DNA of 64,000 nt from an uncultured Senegalimassilia sp. (GCF_934630535.1 NZ_CAKTVU010000002.1:179720-243719), one strand, 5' to 3'; positions 1-10,143 are shown, counted from the first letter of the stretch. Notes: generated by a model from the letters alone, not told the origin. A program made the numbers and translations.

Positions 1-12
1 ATCGGCTCCACT

Positions 13-210
13 ATGCTGGACAGTTTCATGAGGGATGCCGGCCCGCTTGAGGGAAAGGAATCCGCATGGCAGACCCGAATCATCCAAGGCACCCGATCCC
101 GCCGTGAAAGGTCCGGGGGCAGGAAGATCAAGGCATCCCTCGTCTGCAGGGATATCGTGCTCAGCAAGCGCCGCATAGCCCGCATCATGAAGGACAAGGA
201 CCTGGTCAGC
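13..210 (+). mobile_element. Degenerate IS3-family transposase (OrfB HTH-like region) fragment
   Basis: Translation SRRERSGGRKIKASLVCRDIVLSKRRIARIMKDKDLVS resembles the IS3 OrfB motif YGxRKIxxxL..GxxVSRRRIARIMxxxGL. No DDE core follows. Confidence 0.6.
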
Positions 211-211
211 C

Positions 212-550
212 GTCCTCATACAGGGAAGACTGCTCGAAATCGCAAGAGAGCGGCAACGTCATGGTTGGGAATGGCTCGCAGACCGCGGCGATGGGATACC
301 GATGGTCGGTGACGGCATAGGCTACTATTTTAAACGCGCCGCCGGCGATGACGCCGTACCGTTCAAAAACCTTCGCAGCTCATGGCGAACCATAGCAGAA
401 TACGAGTGGAGGATTTCCCAGTCGGTGCTCGAGCCGCTCATGGGCCATAAGATGGAAGGAGTCACCGGCAAGCACTATCTTCGCCCTGATCTGGACATGC
501 TGCTGCGTGCTTTTGCCGATGACTACTTTGCAAACAATCGAACCGTTTAG
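212..550 (+). pseudogene. C-terminal fragment of a phage-type tyrosine recombinase/integrase
   Basis: The frame of ORF 302..550 is open back to a stop at 188-190 and reads RLLEIARER..WEWLADRGDG..FKNLRSSWRT..LMGHKMEGVTGKHY, which fits the box II pattern (H/K-x-L-R, LMGH, catalytic Tyr). The N-terminus is replaced by IS sequence. Confidence 0.75.
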
Positions 551-615
551 GATAAGTTAGGATATTCGATAACGTTTCCCCAGGTCAGACTACAGTCCGT
601 AAAACTCCGTGGTCA
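547..615. other. Possible attachment-site junction at the 3' end of gpsA
   Basis: TTAGGATA direct repeat at 547-554 and 557-564 (arm-type-like), then GTTTCCCCAGGTCAGA directly abutting the gpsA stop, just downstream of the integrase. Confidence 0.4.
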
Positions 616-1603
616 GCGGGCGTGCGAACAGGTCCTTCGCTGCGGCCTTCGGGTCGGCGCCTTCCCACACCACGCCGCGCACCACATCGGTGATGGGCAG
701 CTCGACGTCGTAGGCTTCCGACAGCGTTTTCAGCGTTTTGCACGCCAGCGCGCCCTCGACCACCATGTGCGTGCGCTCGCGATACGCGTCAAGCGTGCCG
801 CCCTGCGCCAGCTCCACGCCGAACGAGCGGTTGCGCGAGTGCTCGGAGGTGCACGTGGCGATCAGGTCGCCCGCGCCGGCCAAGCCCATACACGTGATGG
901 CCTGCCCGCCGCACTTCACCGTCAAACGGCTCATCTCCGCCAGGCCGCGCGTCATGAGCATGGCGGCCGTGTTGTCGCCATAGCCCAGACCATACGCCAC
1001 GCCCACGGCGATGGCGATGACGTTCTTGAACGCAGCGCACAGCTCGACACCCGTGACGTCGTCGCTGGTGTAGGTGCGGAACGTCGGCGAGGCGAACAGG
1101 TCGCGGAACATCACCGCCGTGTCCTGACCCGACGACGCGATGACGGTACCCGCAGGCTTCGCCTTGATGACCTCCTCGGCATGATTGGGGCCCGAAAGCA
1201 CAGCCAGACGGTCCTTGTTGCCCAGCTCGGACTCGAACACGCCCACGGGCAGATAGCCGCTTTCGGCCTCCACGCCCTTCGAGCAGATGATGATGGGGAA
1301 CTGGTCGTCCACCACGTCGGACAGGGCGCGCGCCACGCCGCGCAACAGGTTCGAGGGCGTCACGATGACGGCGGCCTTCGCACGATGCAGCGCATCGCGG
1401 TACGAGGTGGTGGCCACGATGTTGTCGGACAGCTTCGCATCCGAAAGGTAGCGCGGATTGACGTGCTCGTGGTTGATGCCGTGCACCACCGAATCCTTGC
1501 GTGCCCACAGGCTCACGTTATGCCCGTTGAGGGCCAGCGTCTGCGCCAGCGCGGTTCCCCACGAACCGGCGCCGATGACTGCAACCTTCATGTCGTCGTC
1601 CAC
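590..1603 (-). CDS. gpsA: NAD(P)H-dependent glycerol-3-phosphate dehydrogenase
   Basis: GAGSWG Rossmann motif, SGPNHAEEV, KNVIAI, GDLIATC, SRN. Lies in the der-plsY-gpsA cluster. Confidence 0.96.
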   Translation of the reverse strand: MDDDMKVAVIGAGSWGTALAQTLALNGHNVSLWARKDSVVHGINHEHVNPRYLSDAKLSDNIVATTSYRDALHRAKAAVIVTPSNLLRGVARALSDVVDDQFPIIICSKGVEAESGYLPVGVFESELGNKDRLAVLSGPNHAEEVIKAKPAGTVIASSGQDTAVMFRDLFASPTFRTYTSDDVTGVELCAAFKNVIAIAVGVAYGLGYGDNTAAMLMTRGLAEMSRLTVKCGGQAITCMGLAGAGDLIATCTSEHSRNRSFGVELAQGGTLDAYRERTHMVVEGALACKTLKTLSEAYDVELPITDVVRGVVWEGADPKAAAKDLFARPLTTEFYGL

Positions 1604-1608
1604 TTTCC

Positions 1609-2274
1609 TTACGCTTCCTTATCCTTTTGCCCGATACGGCGCTCGTTGCCGGCGCGCAGGCGCTCGATGTTGCCGCGATGCGCCCAAACCACCGTCAGCG
1701 CCGCCACCGTGGTGCACACCCACGCGGCCGGCGCGAACGTGGCGTACAGGAAGTAGTACGCGGCGAACAGCGGGCACGCTGCCGCGGCGGCCACAGAGCC
1801 CACCGACACATACTTGGTGGCAAGCACCAGCACGGCGAAGATGGCCAGCTCGAGGCATGCGCCCTGCCAGCCGAACGTCACGAACAGGCAGCCGACGGCC
1901 ACGGCGATGCCCTTGCCGCCTTTAAATCCCAGCCAGGGACTGAAGATATGCCCCCACACGCAGCCTAGGAAGGCCACCGTGACGAAATCGTCGTAGCCGA
2001 CCACATGGCCCGACAGCGACATGCCGCCGCCGAACATGGCAGCAGCCGCGGCCGCGATCAGGCCCGATACGATGCCCTTGCCGAAATCCAGCACGAACAC
2101 GGCGCTGCCGCCCACCTTGCCCATGGTGCGCATGGCGTTGGTGGTGCCGATGTTGCCCGAGCCGTGCTCGCGGATATCGGTGTGGTAAAACACCTTTGAG
2201 ATGATGACGCCCCAGGGGATGGACCCCAGCAGGAAAGAGATGACGAAAACCCCTAATGCTCCCAGCAGTTCCAC
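1609..2274 (-). CDS. plsY: Glycerol-3-phosphate acyltransferase PlsY
   Basis: GSIP, DIREHGSGNIGTTNAMR, DFGKG, GH..FKGGKGIA and HRGNIERL motifs. Confidence 0.96.
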   Translation of the reverse strand: MELLGALGVFVISFLLGSIPWGVIISKVFYHTDIREHGSGNIGTTNAMRTMGKVGGSAVFVLDFGKGIVSGLIAAAAAAMFGGGMSLSGHVVGYDDFVTVAFLGCVWGHIFSPWLGFKGGKGIAVAVGCLFVTFGWQGACLELAIFAVLVLATKYVSVGSVAAAAACPLFAAYYFLYATFAPAAWVCTTVAALTVVWAHRGNIERLRAGNERRIGQKDKEA

Positions 2275-2286
2275 AGCGACTCTTTC

Positions 2287-3603
2287 CTAGTCCTTCTTTT
2301 TAAATTTCATACGGATGGGCGTGCCCGTCAGGTCGAACGACTTTCGCAGGCGATTCTCCAGGAAGCGCTCGTAGTTATCGTTGACCAGGTCGGGGCGGTT
2401 CACGAAGAACGTGAACTGCGGCGGGCACGTTGCCGTTTGCGTGACGTACTTCATGCGCAGGATGGCCTTGCCCTTCGACACGGTGTGGCCGCCCTCGCGG
2501 ATCTCGCCCAGCCAGACGTTGAGCTGGTTGGTGGGGATGCTCTTGCAGAAGTTCTCGTAGGCGACGTCGACGGCTTCCCAGATGCGATGGACGGACTTGC
2601 CCGTGAGCGCGCAGGTGGCCACAACCGGGGCATATCCCACAAAGGTCATGCGGTCGGCGATCTTCTCGCGCACCTCGGCCTTGGCGTCGGGGCCCTCCAC
2701 CAGGTCCCACTTGTTCAGCACGATGACCATGGCGCACTGGCGGTCGGCGGCGAAGCCGGCAACGCGCTGGTCCTGGTCGGTCAGACCGATGGAGCCGTCG
2801 ATGACCAGGATGGCCACGTCGGCGCGGTCGATGGCGCGCATGGCGCGCACGAAGCCGTAGTACTCCACGTCCTCGTCGATCTTGCTCTTCTGGCGCAGGC
2901 CGGCGGTGTCGACGATGGTGTAGCGCTGGCCCTCGTGCTCGATGACGGTGTCGATGGCGTCGCGCGTGGTGCCGGCGACATTGGACACGATGGAGCGATC
3001 ATCCGAGGTCAGGCGGTTGGTCAGCGAGGACTTGCCGGCGTTGGGGCGGCCGATGATGGCGATGTTGATGCCGCCGTCCTCCTCCTCGTCGTCGGCGGTC
3101 TCGACCTTCTTCAGGTCCTCCACCACGGCGTCGAGCAGATCGCCCGTGCCGTTGCCGTGCAGCGAGGAGACCGACCACGGATCGCCCAGGCCCAGCTGGT
3201 AGAACTCCCAGATCTGGTCCATGGTGTCGGGGTTGTCCATCTTGTTCACCACCAGATACACCGGCTTGGAGGTCTTGCGCAGCACGCGCGCCACCTCCTC
3301 GTCATCTGCGTTGATGCCGGTGCGGCCGTCGACGATGAACACGATGACGTCGGCCTCGTTCACGCCGGCGAACGCCTGGGTGCGGATGGAGCTTTGGAAC
3401 GCGTCGTCGTCGCCCATCTCGATACCGCCGGTGTCGATGAGCTTGAACAGCACGCCGTTCCAGTCGGCGATGTGATACGAACGGTCGCGGGTGACGCCGC
3501 GCATCTCGTGCACGATGGCCTCGTCGGCCTGGGCAATGCGGTTAACGAAGGTGGACTTGCCGACGTTCGGCCGTCCAACAACCGCCACAATGGGCAGAGC
3601 CAT
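2287..3603 (-). CDS. der: Ribosome biogenesis GTPase Der (EngA)
   Basis: Two G domains (GRPNVGKS, GRPNAGKS; DTGG, DTAG; NKMD, NKWD) and a KH-like C-terminus. Confidence 0.98.
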   Translation of the reverse strand: MALPIVAVVGRPNVGKSTFVNRIAQADEAIVHEMRGVTRDRSYHIADWNGVLFKLIDTGGIEMGDDDAFQSSIRTQAFAGVNEADVIVFIVDGRTGINADDEEVARVLRKTSKPVYLVVNKMDNPDTMDQIWEFYQLGLGDPWSVSSLHGNGTGDLLDAVVEDLKKVETADDEEEDGGINIAIIGRPNAGKSSLTNRLTSDDRSIVSNVAGTTRDAIDTVIEHEGQRYTIVDTAGLRQKSKIDEDVEYYGFVRAMRAIDRADVAILVIDGSIGLTDQDQRVAGFAADRQCAMVIVLNKWDLVEGPDAKAEVREKIADRMTFVGYAPVVATCALTGKSVHRIWEAVDVAYENFCKSIPTNQLNVWLGEIREGGHTVSKGKAILRMKYVTQTATCPPQFTFFVNRPDLVNDNYERFLENRLRKSFDLTGTPIRMKFKKKD

Positions 3604-3648
3604 ATCAAATCCTTTTCGGTTGAGGAAAATACTACGTTTGCGGCGCCG

Positions 3649-5100
3649 CTATCCGCGCGCCAATTCGACGAGTTCCGGCAAGAACCCAGTCGCGTTACAG
3701 GATACCACGCTCACGGGCACGCCCGCCGCCTTCCCCATATCCTCCAACGTTGCGTCATCGAGCGTGACGCCGTCGTCATTGAAGATGACCTTGGGGACCA
3801 CGTACGTCCAGCCCGGGTGCTCGGCCGCGTCGGCGCGGATGGCATCGGCGATGTCGCAGCTGCACAACAGCCCTGTGACGTCCACGTTCCCGCCAAAGAA
3901 GCGGTTCTCCAAGAACAGCGGCTCCACCACCCCGGCCAGCGGGCCGCGCGAGAACAGCGGGCGGAAGAAGTGCGGCGTGGCCATGCCGGCGATGTAGCGC
4001 ACGCGCATGCCCGCCTGCTGCAGCGCCTGGGCAGCTTGCTCGTCAAGCCCGGCCGCTTCAGCCGCCTCCCAATCGTCCACGAACGAGCGGATGATGCCCA
4101 CGCCGTCCTCGAACATGCCGAAGTCGCCGTAGTGCTCGGTGGGCGGGAGGTTCTCCAGCAGCTCGTCGCCGTAGGCGTTGCAGTAGAACTCGTCGGCGGC
4201 GAAGGCCCACAGGTGGCCGCGTTCGGCAAGGGCACGCTGCTGAGCAGGCACGATGGCATCCATGGCGGCACGGGCGGCAACCGGGTCGTTGAAGCTTTTC
4301 GTGAAGCACGTCTGGTGTTTGGTGAACCCCAGCGGCACGATGCAGATGTCCAGGATACCCGGGCGCGCGTACGCCCAATCGAGCGTCTCGCGCAGCGCGT
4401 CGCCGTCGTTCTCGTCGGGCATGAGCACGATCTGAGCGTGGAACTCGATGCCGGCGGCAAGCAGGCGGTCCATCACCTCGATGCCGTGCTGGGCGTGCCG
4501 GCCGATGATGCGGCGGCGAACCTCGGGATTGGATGCGTGCAGGGAAACGCGCAGCGGGCTGATGTGCTGCTCGATGATGCGCGCCTCGTCGGCGGCCGAC
4601 AAGTTGGTGAACGTGACGAACGTTCCCGACAGGAAGCTGAGACGGAAGTCGTCGTCGCGCAGGGTCAGCGACGGGCGCATGTCGTCGGGCAGCTGTCGCA
4701 TGAAGCAGAAGATGCAGGCGTTGCGGCATTGCTTGACGCCGTCGAACACCACGCCGGAGAACTCGAAGCCCCACTCCTCGCCCTCGTAGCGCTCAAGCTC
4801 CACCTCGCCGGAGTCGCCGTCGGTGTCGATGTAGCCGAGGGTGATCACGTCGTCGGCGGTAAGCCAGCGCCAGTCGATCATGTCGCGCACGGGCTGGCCG
4901 TCAACGCTGGTGATAATGCAGCCCGGCGTGAAGCCCGCGTCGTCGGCGGGGCTTTCGGGCAGCACGGATTCGATGACGGCCTTCGGGGGCTCGGGAGCGC
5001 GGCGCTTGCGGCCGCCTGCAGCTTTCGCAGCCTGCTTCGCCACATCCTGAGGAGGATAAATGCCCACGTTAACACCGCCTTTCCGCATCCGTTCGCCCAT
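3649..5100 (-). CDS. DUF512 family putative radical-SAM protein with N-terminal PDZ-like domain
   Basis: PDZ-like segment (VLPESPADDAG), CxxxCxxC (CRNACIFC), LRDDDFRLSFL, ADEFY, EDGVG. Typical position upstream of der. Start codon uncertain. Confidence 0.85.
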   Translation of the reverse strand: MGERMRKGGVNVGIYPPQDVAKQAAKAAGGRKRRAPEPPKAVIESVLPESPADDAGFTPGCIITSVDGQPVRDMIDWRWLTADDVITLGYIDTDGDSGEVELERYEGEEWGFEFSGVVFDGVKQCRNACIFCFMRQLPDDMRPSLTLRDDDFRLSFLSGTFVTFTNLSAADEARIIEQHISPLRVSLHASNPEVRRRIIGRHAQHGIEVMDRLLAAGIEFHAQIVLMPDENDGDALRETLDWAYARPGILDICIVPLGFTKHQTCFTKSFNDPVAARAAMDAIVPAQQRALAERGHLWAFAADEFYCNAYGDELLENLPPTEHYGDFGMFEDGVGIIRSFVDDWEAAEAAGLDEQAAQALQQAGMRVRYIAGMATPHFFRPLFSRGPLAGVVEPLFLENRFFGGNVDVTGLLCSCDIADAIRADAAEHPGWTYVVPKVIFNDDGVTLDDATLEDMGKAAGVPVSVVSCNATGFLPELVELARG

Positions 5101-5319
5101 ATGCCGTCGATTTTTCGCAGCATATCATGGTAGCATGCCGCGCACGCTAAGGCGCACGGCGGGAACACGGCGCGGAAAATCAGCGCAACTGGGTTCTGGG
5201 CGGGCTCGCGTTTGCCCCGCGGAGCGGAGCGCGAACGAACCGGCGAAGAGCGGGTCGGCGCCCGCTCGCGGAAGCGATGCGAAACGGCGGCGCAAAGCCC
5301 CGTCGACCGCGGCATCCCC

Positions 5320-6048
5320 CTACAACGCGGAGAACGACATGAGGGCGTCGCGGACGCTGCGGTATTGGCGCTGGCTGACGGGCACCGCCTCATTGCAGTC
5401 CATGACCAGCCCGTCGCTTGAGGCCTGGACGACGTGCTCCATGTTCGCCAGATAGCTCTTGTGGCAACGCACGAAGCTGCCGGGAAGCTGCTGCTCAAGC
5501 TCGGACAAGGCCGCATACGATTCCAGCAAGCGCTTATCCGAAAGCCTGACCAGCACCTTTCGCCCCATGCTCTTCACGTACACCACGTCGGCGGGGTCCA
5601 CGATGTGCACGGTTCCGTTGGAGCGCAGCGCAAGCGGGCTTGCCGCGCGATGGCCGAGCAGCCCGAACAGCTTATCCAGGGCGTTGCGCGCCTCGGTGGG
5701 CGAATAGGGCGCCAACAGCAGATACTGATGGTCTGTGCCGTACACCGCCGAGGTGTAGGCGGCGCGCGTGGTGCAATACACGGTCAGCGGAAGATCGCCA
5801 CGGTCCTGAAGCTCGCGCACCAACGCGATGCCGGCGCGCTCATCGGGGCCGCACGTCGGGCGATCTCCGGGAGCATCCACGGGGGCGAACAGCGCATCGA
5901 CGCGCGGACCTTGGGAGATGCGCTTGCGCACCTGGGAAAACGTGCAGCTCTCCAGCTGGATCGCGCCGGCGCAGGGATGCTGCTCGATGAGCGCGCGCAG
6001 CGCCTGAGCCTCGGGCACGGCATCTTCGACGAGCAATATCCTGCACAT
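5320..6048 (-). CDS. LytTR-family DNA-binding response regulator with atypical receiver domain
   Basis: Starts MCRILLVED. C-terminal LytTR motif FVRCHKSYLANM..VPVSQR. Start re-called at ATG 6048. Confidence 0.85.
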   Translation of the reverse strand: MCRILLVEDAVPEAQALRALIEQHPCAGAIQLESCTFSQVRKRISQGPRVDALFAPVDAPGDRPTCGPDERAGIALVRELQDRGDLPLTVYCTTRAAYTSAVYGTDHQYLLLAPYSPTEARNALDKLFGLLGHRAASPLALRSNGTVHIVDPADVVYVKSMGRKVLVRLSDKRLLESYAALSELEQQLPGSFVRCHKSYLANMEHVVQASSDGLVMDCNEAVPVSQRQYRSVRDALMSFSAL

Positions 6049-6322
6049 GGTGGCAACCTCCGCATCGCGTTTGCCCCCGGCGCCATCGCGGCGCCGGTTC
6101 GGCTTCGTTTCATGCTTCAAGGCTAACCCGGTTTTCGCGGGATTTGTTGCACAACAAATCGGGCCGTTTCCACACCGCCCGAACACAAAACCGTCCCCGC
6201 CCTCACATGCCGGAACATGCGCGGACGGGGACGATTCACATGGGGCTATGCGAGGAAGGCGATGCGGTGGTAGCAGATGGGGGAACGCAAGCTGTCAGGC
6301 CCACCCGCAGGACGGCAGATCG

Positions 6323-7159
6323 CTACATGCGCTCCAGGCGCTGCACCACCTCGTCGATCTGGTCGTCGGGGGTGCTGGCGCCGGCCGTGACGCCCACGGA
6401 GGAGCAGCCCGCGAACCACGCGGGATCAAGCTCGGCGGCCGACTCGATGTGATGCGTGCGCGGGCATTCCGCGGCGCAGATCTCGGCAAGATGCGTGGTG
6501 TTGGCCGAATTGCGGCCGCCGATCACCACGATGGCATCCATCTGGCCGGCAAGCTCCGCGGCGGCCTGCTGGCGCTGACGCGTGGCCGTGCACACCGTGT
6601 CCTTGACCTGCGCGGAAACGCCTTGGGCGCGGATGCCCTCGAGCACGTCGTCAAGCGCATCGCGGGTTTGCGTGGTCTGCACGACCACGCCCACGCGCTC
6701 GGGCAGCTCGGCAGGCAGGTCGGCAGCCGTTTCCGCCACGTGCACCTGCGCCCCAGCCTCATGGGCATAGGCTACCAGGCCCTCCACCTCGGGATGACCT
6801 TCCTCGCCAACCACCACCACGTAGCCGCACTCCTCGGCAAGCGTGGCCGCGGCCTTTTGCGCGCGCGCGACATGCGGGCACGTGGCATCGATCACGGGAA
6901 GCCCGCGCGCCTCTACCGAACGGCGCACAGCCGGAGTGACGCCGTGGCTGCGGATGATGATGGCCCCGTGCGTGGCCCGCTCAGGCTCCGAGACGGCCAT
7001 CACGCCGCGCGCCTCAAGGTTGGCCACCACCTGGGGATTGTGGATAAGCGGCCCCAACGTGAACGCGCTGCCATCTCCCTCGCTGGCCTTCAGGGCCAGG
7101 TCAAGGGCTCGTTGCACGCCGTAGCATGCGCCGGCGTTCTTGCTGCGGATGACTTCCAT
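6323..7159 (-). CDS. ispH: 4-hydroxy-3-methylbut-2-enyl diphosphate reductase
   Basis: GACYGVQRA, LIHNPQV, DATCPHV, HPEV, TVCTAT, SANT, TAGASTP. RBS AAAGGA before ATG 7159. Confidence 0.95.
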   Translation of the reverse strand: MEVIRSKNAGACYGVQRALDLALKASEGDGSAFTLGPLIHNPQVVANLEARGVMAVSEPERATHGAIIIRSHGVTPAVRRSVEARGLPVIDATCPHVARAQKAAATLAEECGYVVVVGEEGHPEVEGLVAYAHEAGAQVHVAETAADLPAELPERVGVVVQTTQTRDALDDVLEGIRAQGVSAQVKDTVCTATRQRQQAAAELAGQMDAIVVIGGRNSANTTHLAEICAAECPRTHHIESAAELDPAWFAGCSSVGVTAGASTPDDQIDEVVQRLERM

Positions 7160-7298
7160 GTCCGGTCCTTTCGTATGGTTTGCGGCTTGCGGCTGTGGTT
7201 TGTGGATCGCGGATTGCGGCTTGTGAGCTCGCGAGTTCGCAGCCCACACGATAGCGCAAAGGGCCGCTTACGCGGCCCCTATCCCCCCCAACCTGCTG

Positions 7299-8150
7299 TT
7301 ACTGCTCGGCCTTCGCCTTCTTCGTGGGGCGGGTCAGCTCGATGGCCTCCTCGGGGGTGTGCTCGGGAATGGGATGGGCGGCGAACACCTCGGAGAAGTC
7401 GCGGCCGTCGGGGAACAGCGCGCGCATATCCACCTGCTCGCGCGGCACGCGCTGATGCAGCGCGAACACCTCGCGCATGGCGTACCACGAGCACCCGTCC
7501 AGGCGATCTTCCTTCGGCAGGAAGTCGAAATCGCTTACCACCAGGGGCTTTCCGTACTCCACCGAGATCTTCGGGAAGCGGATGCGCTCGCCTTTGCGCT
7601 TGACGTTCTCGGCCTCGCGCACGCACATGGGCAGGATGGGAGCCTTGCCCATCTTCGCGATGAACGCCGCACCGGAGTGGATTTCAGGCGTTTTGCTGCC
7701 CTTGCCGCGGCGCGTGCCCTCCGGCAGGATGCCCACCAGCTGGTTCCCCTTCAGCATGTGCGCCGCGCGTTTGATGGCGGTGCGGTCGGCCGAATCGCGC
7801 TTGATGGGGAACGCGCCCACGCGCGAGAGGATCTGCCCCGCTAGGCCATGCGCGTTGCCGAACAGCGAGTCGCGGCCCATCAGGCGCACGAACTGGCTCG
7901 GACGCGCCGCCATGTACATGAGCACCACGTCCAGAAACGACGTATGGTTCGAAACCACCACCGCACCGCAGCGGTCCTTGAACGCGCGAAGGTTCTCGCG
8001 CCCGTCCACGCGGTAGCGGAACAGCACCTTGAACACGAAGCCGATCAGCACATACGCGAAGTTCGCGAACCAATGCGGGATCTGCTTCTCATCGGTGGTG
8101 CCGCCGAGCGCGCGGTCCCACATGTCCTCATATCTCAAAAACAGGCTCAT
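7299..8150 (-). CDS. plsC: 1-acyl-sn-glycerol-3-phosphate acyltransferase (PlsC family)
   Basis: NHTSFLD and PEGTR motifs. Located between cmk and ispH. Confidence 0.88.
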   Translation of the reverse strand: MSLFLRYEDMWDRALGGTTDEKQIPHWFANFAYVLIGFVFKVLFRYRVDGRENLRAFKDRCGAVVVSNHTSFLDVVLMYMAARPSQFVRLMGRDSLFGNAHGLAGQILSRVGAFPIKRDSADRTAIKRAAHMLKGNQLVGILPEGTRRGKGSKTPEIHSGAAFIAKMGKAPILPMCVREAENVKRKGERIRFPKISVEYGKPLVVSDFDFLPKEDRLDGCSWYAMREVFALHQRVPREQVDMRALFPDGRDFSEVFAAHPIPEHTPEEAIELTRPTKKAKAEQ

Positions 8151-8827
8151 ACGTGCACGCCCTTCTCCTGGGCAAGCACGCAGATGCGCTCGATGATCTG
8201 CTCGATGGTGCGGCCGGTGGAATCCATCTGCACGGCGTCGGACGCCGGCTTGAGCGGGCTGGTGTCGCGCGAGGAGTCGATGGCGTCGCGGCGCTCGATG
8301 TCGGCGAGCACCTCGGCGTAATCGGTGCTGCCCACGCCCCGACGCTCGTTTTGCGCTACGCGGCGATGGGCGCGCTCGGCGGCGCTGGCGGTCAAAAACA
8401 CCTTCAGCGGGGCCTCGGGGAACACCGCCGTGCCGATGTCGCGGCCTTCCACCACGTAGTTGCCCGCGCGGCCGATGCGCTGCTGCTGGGCGACAAGCGC
8501 CTGGCGAACGGAGGGCGCAGCGGCCACGGCGCTGACAGAACGGTCGATCTCGGCCGTGCGGATGGCATCGGTCACGTCCACGCCGGCGATGGAGACGCGA
8601 CGTGGGAACGGGTCGCCCGGCTCGTGGGAGAACCCGATCTCGTGCGTATCGGCGATGCGGCCGAGCGCTTCACCATCTTCCAGCGAGACGCCGTCTTGCA
8701 GCGCCTGCCAGGCGATGGAGCGGTACATGGCGCCCGTGTCCAGACACGAGAAGCCCAAACGGCGCGCGACCGCCTTCGAAACGGTCGATTTGCCGGCGCC
8801 GCTCGGGCCGTCGATAGCGATGATCAT
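8147..8827 (-). CDS. cmk: Cytidylate kinase
   Basis: IAIDGPSGAGKST, DTGAMYR, EGRDIGT. The true start is 8827, overlapping the aroA stop; the longer ORF-track extension is spurious. Confidence 0.96.
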   Translation of the reverse strand: MIIAIDGPSGAGKSTVSKAVARRLGFSCLDTGAMYRSIAWQALQDGVSLEDGEALGRIADTHEIGFSHEPGDPFPRRVSIAGVDVTDAIRTAEIDRSVSAVAAAPSVRQALVAQQQRIGRAGNYVVEGRDIGTAVFPEAPLKVFLTASAAERAHRRVAQNERRGVGSTDYAEVLADIERRDAIDSSRDTSPLKPASDAVQMDSTGRTIEQIIERICVLAQEKGVHV

Positions 8828-10143
8828 CGTGCAAGCCTTTCGATATCGTCCAGGAAGCCGGGGTAGCTGACGCGCACGGCCTCGAAATCCTTGATGTTCA
8901 CGGCAACCTTGCCGGTCAGGCCCACAAGCGACCAGGTCATGGCAAGGCGATGGTCGCCGAGCGAGTCGAACTCGAGCCCCTCGGGAACCTGTAGGCCGGG
9001 CTGGCCCTCGATGTAAAGGTCGTCGCCTTCGCACCACGTGTCCACGCCCAGCTTCGCCAGACCGTCCATTATAGCGGCAAGACGGTCGGTTTCCTTCACG
9101 CGAAGCTCCCCTACCTGGCGGAACACGGTGATGCCGTGCGCGTGAGCGGCAACCAGCGCCAGCACGGGGATCTCGTCGATGATGCCGGCGATCTTGTCGG
9201 CCGGCACCTCGCAACCGCGCAGGTCGGGCGTGTAGCAGGCCTCGATGATGCCGTAGGGCTCCTTGCCCGCCGCGCCCGTGCGCGTGACGCTGACCTGGGC
9301 ACCCATGCGCTCGAGCGTGCGCACGAAGCCGATGCGCGCCGTGTTCAGGCTGACGTCCTCGATCTGGATCGAGCTTTCGGGGCGCAGAACCGCCGCGCAC
9401 GCGAGGAACGCCGCCGAAGAGGGGTCGCCCGGCACGAGCACCTCGCCGGCCTGGGGCTGGGCGGGCCCGGTCACGCTGGCTGTGCGGGCGCCGGCCGTGG
9501 TGGCCACGCCGTATTCGGGCAGCATGAGCTCGGTGTGGTTGCGGCTCGGCGCCGGCTCGTTGACCGTGGTGGTTCCCGAAGCGTACATGCCGGCAAGCAG
9601 AACGGCGGTCTTGAGCTGGGCCGATGCCATAGGGGCGTCGTAGGTGAGGGGGCGCAGCCCGCCGCCGTGGACGGTGATGGGCAGCGTCTCGCGGCCTTCG
9701 GGAAGGAAGCGCGCGCCCATCTTCATGAGCGGCGCGGTGATGCGGCGCATCGGGCGCTTGCACAACGAGGAATCGCCCGTGAGCGTGACCCGGATATCCC
9801 ACGGCGCCAGGATGCCCATGAGCAGGCGCACCGTGGTGCCGGAGTTGCCGCAGTCCACCGGCTCGGCAGGCTGGCTGGGACCGGCGGCGCCCCAGCCGGT
9901 GATGCCGCCGGCAAGGCTTCCATCGGTCTGCTTCTCCAGGTTGACCTGGGCGCCCAGTGCGCGCACAGCCCCGATGGAGCTGCGCACGTCGGCGGAATCG
10001 AGCACGCCCGACACGCGCGAGGTGCCTTCCGCCATGGCGGAGAACAGCACAGCGCGATGGCTGATGGACTTGTCGCCCGGCACGCGCGTGGAACCGTGCA
10101 TGGGGCCTTCCAGCGGTTTGATGACGGTGATGTTATCCGACAT
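8824..10143 (-). CDS. aroA: 3-phosphoshikimate 1-carboxyvinyltransferase (EPSP synthase)
   Basis: PGDKSISHRA, GNSGTT, ASAQLK, RNHTE, KETDRL, DHRLAM. Confidence 0.97.
   Translation of the reverse strand: MSDNITVIKPLEGPMHGSTRVPGDKSISHRAVLFSAMAEGTSRVSGVLDSADVRSSIGAVRALGAQVNLEKQTDGSLAGGITGWGAAGPSQPAEPVDCGNSGTTVRLLMGILAPWDIRVTLTGDSSLCKRPMRRITAPLMKMGARFLPEGRETLPITVHGGGLRPLTYDAPMASAQLKTAVLLAGMYASGTTTVNEPAPSRNHTELMLPEYGVATTAGARTASVTGPAQPQAGEVLVPGDPSSAAFLACAAVLRPESSIQIEDVSLNTARIGFVRTLERMGAQVSVTRTGAAGKEPYGIIEACYTPDLRGCEVPADKIAGIIDEIPVLALVAAHAHGITVFRQVGELRVKETDRLAAIMDGLAKLGVDTWCEGDDLYIEGQPGLQVPEGLEFDSLGDHRLAMTWSLVGLTGKVAVNIKDFEAVRVSYPGFLDDIERLAR

Noticed and set aside
2437..5133. 898-aa plus-strand ORF, and similar long ORFs at 10202-12058, 12616-15078 and 28865-32029
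   Set aside because: Antisense shadows of well-supported minus-strand genes caused by high GC3; no recognisable motifs.
8147..9802. Apparent 551-aa extended Cmk overlapping aroA
   Set aside because: Cmk homology begins at ATG 8827. The upstream part is an alternative frame of aroA with Arg/Gly/Pro-rich junk composition.
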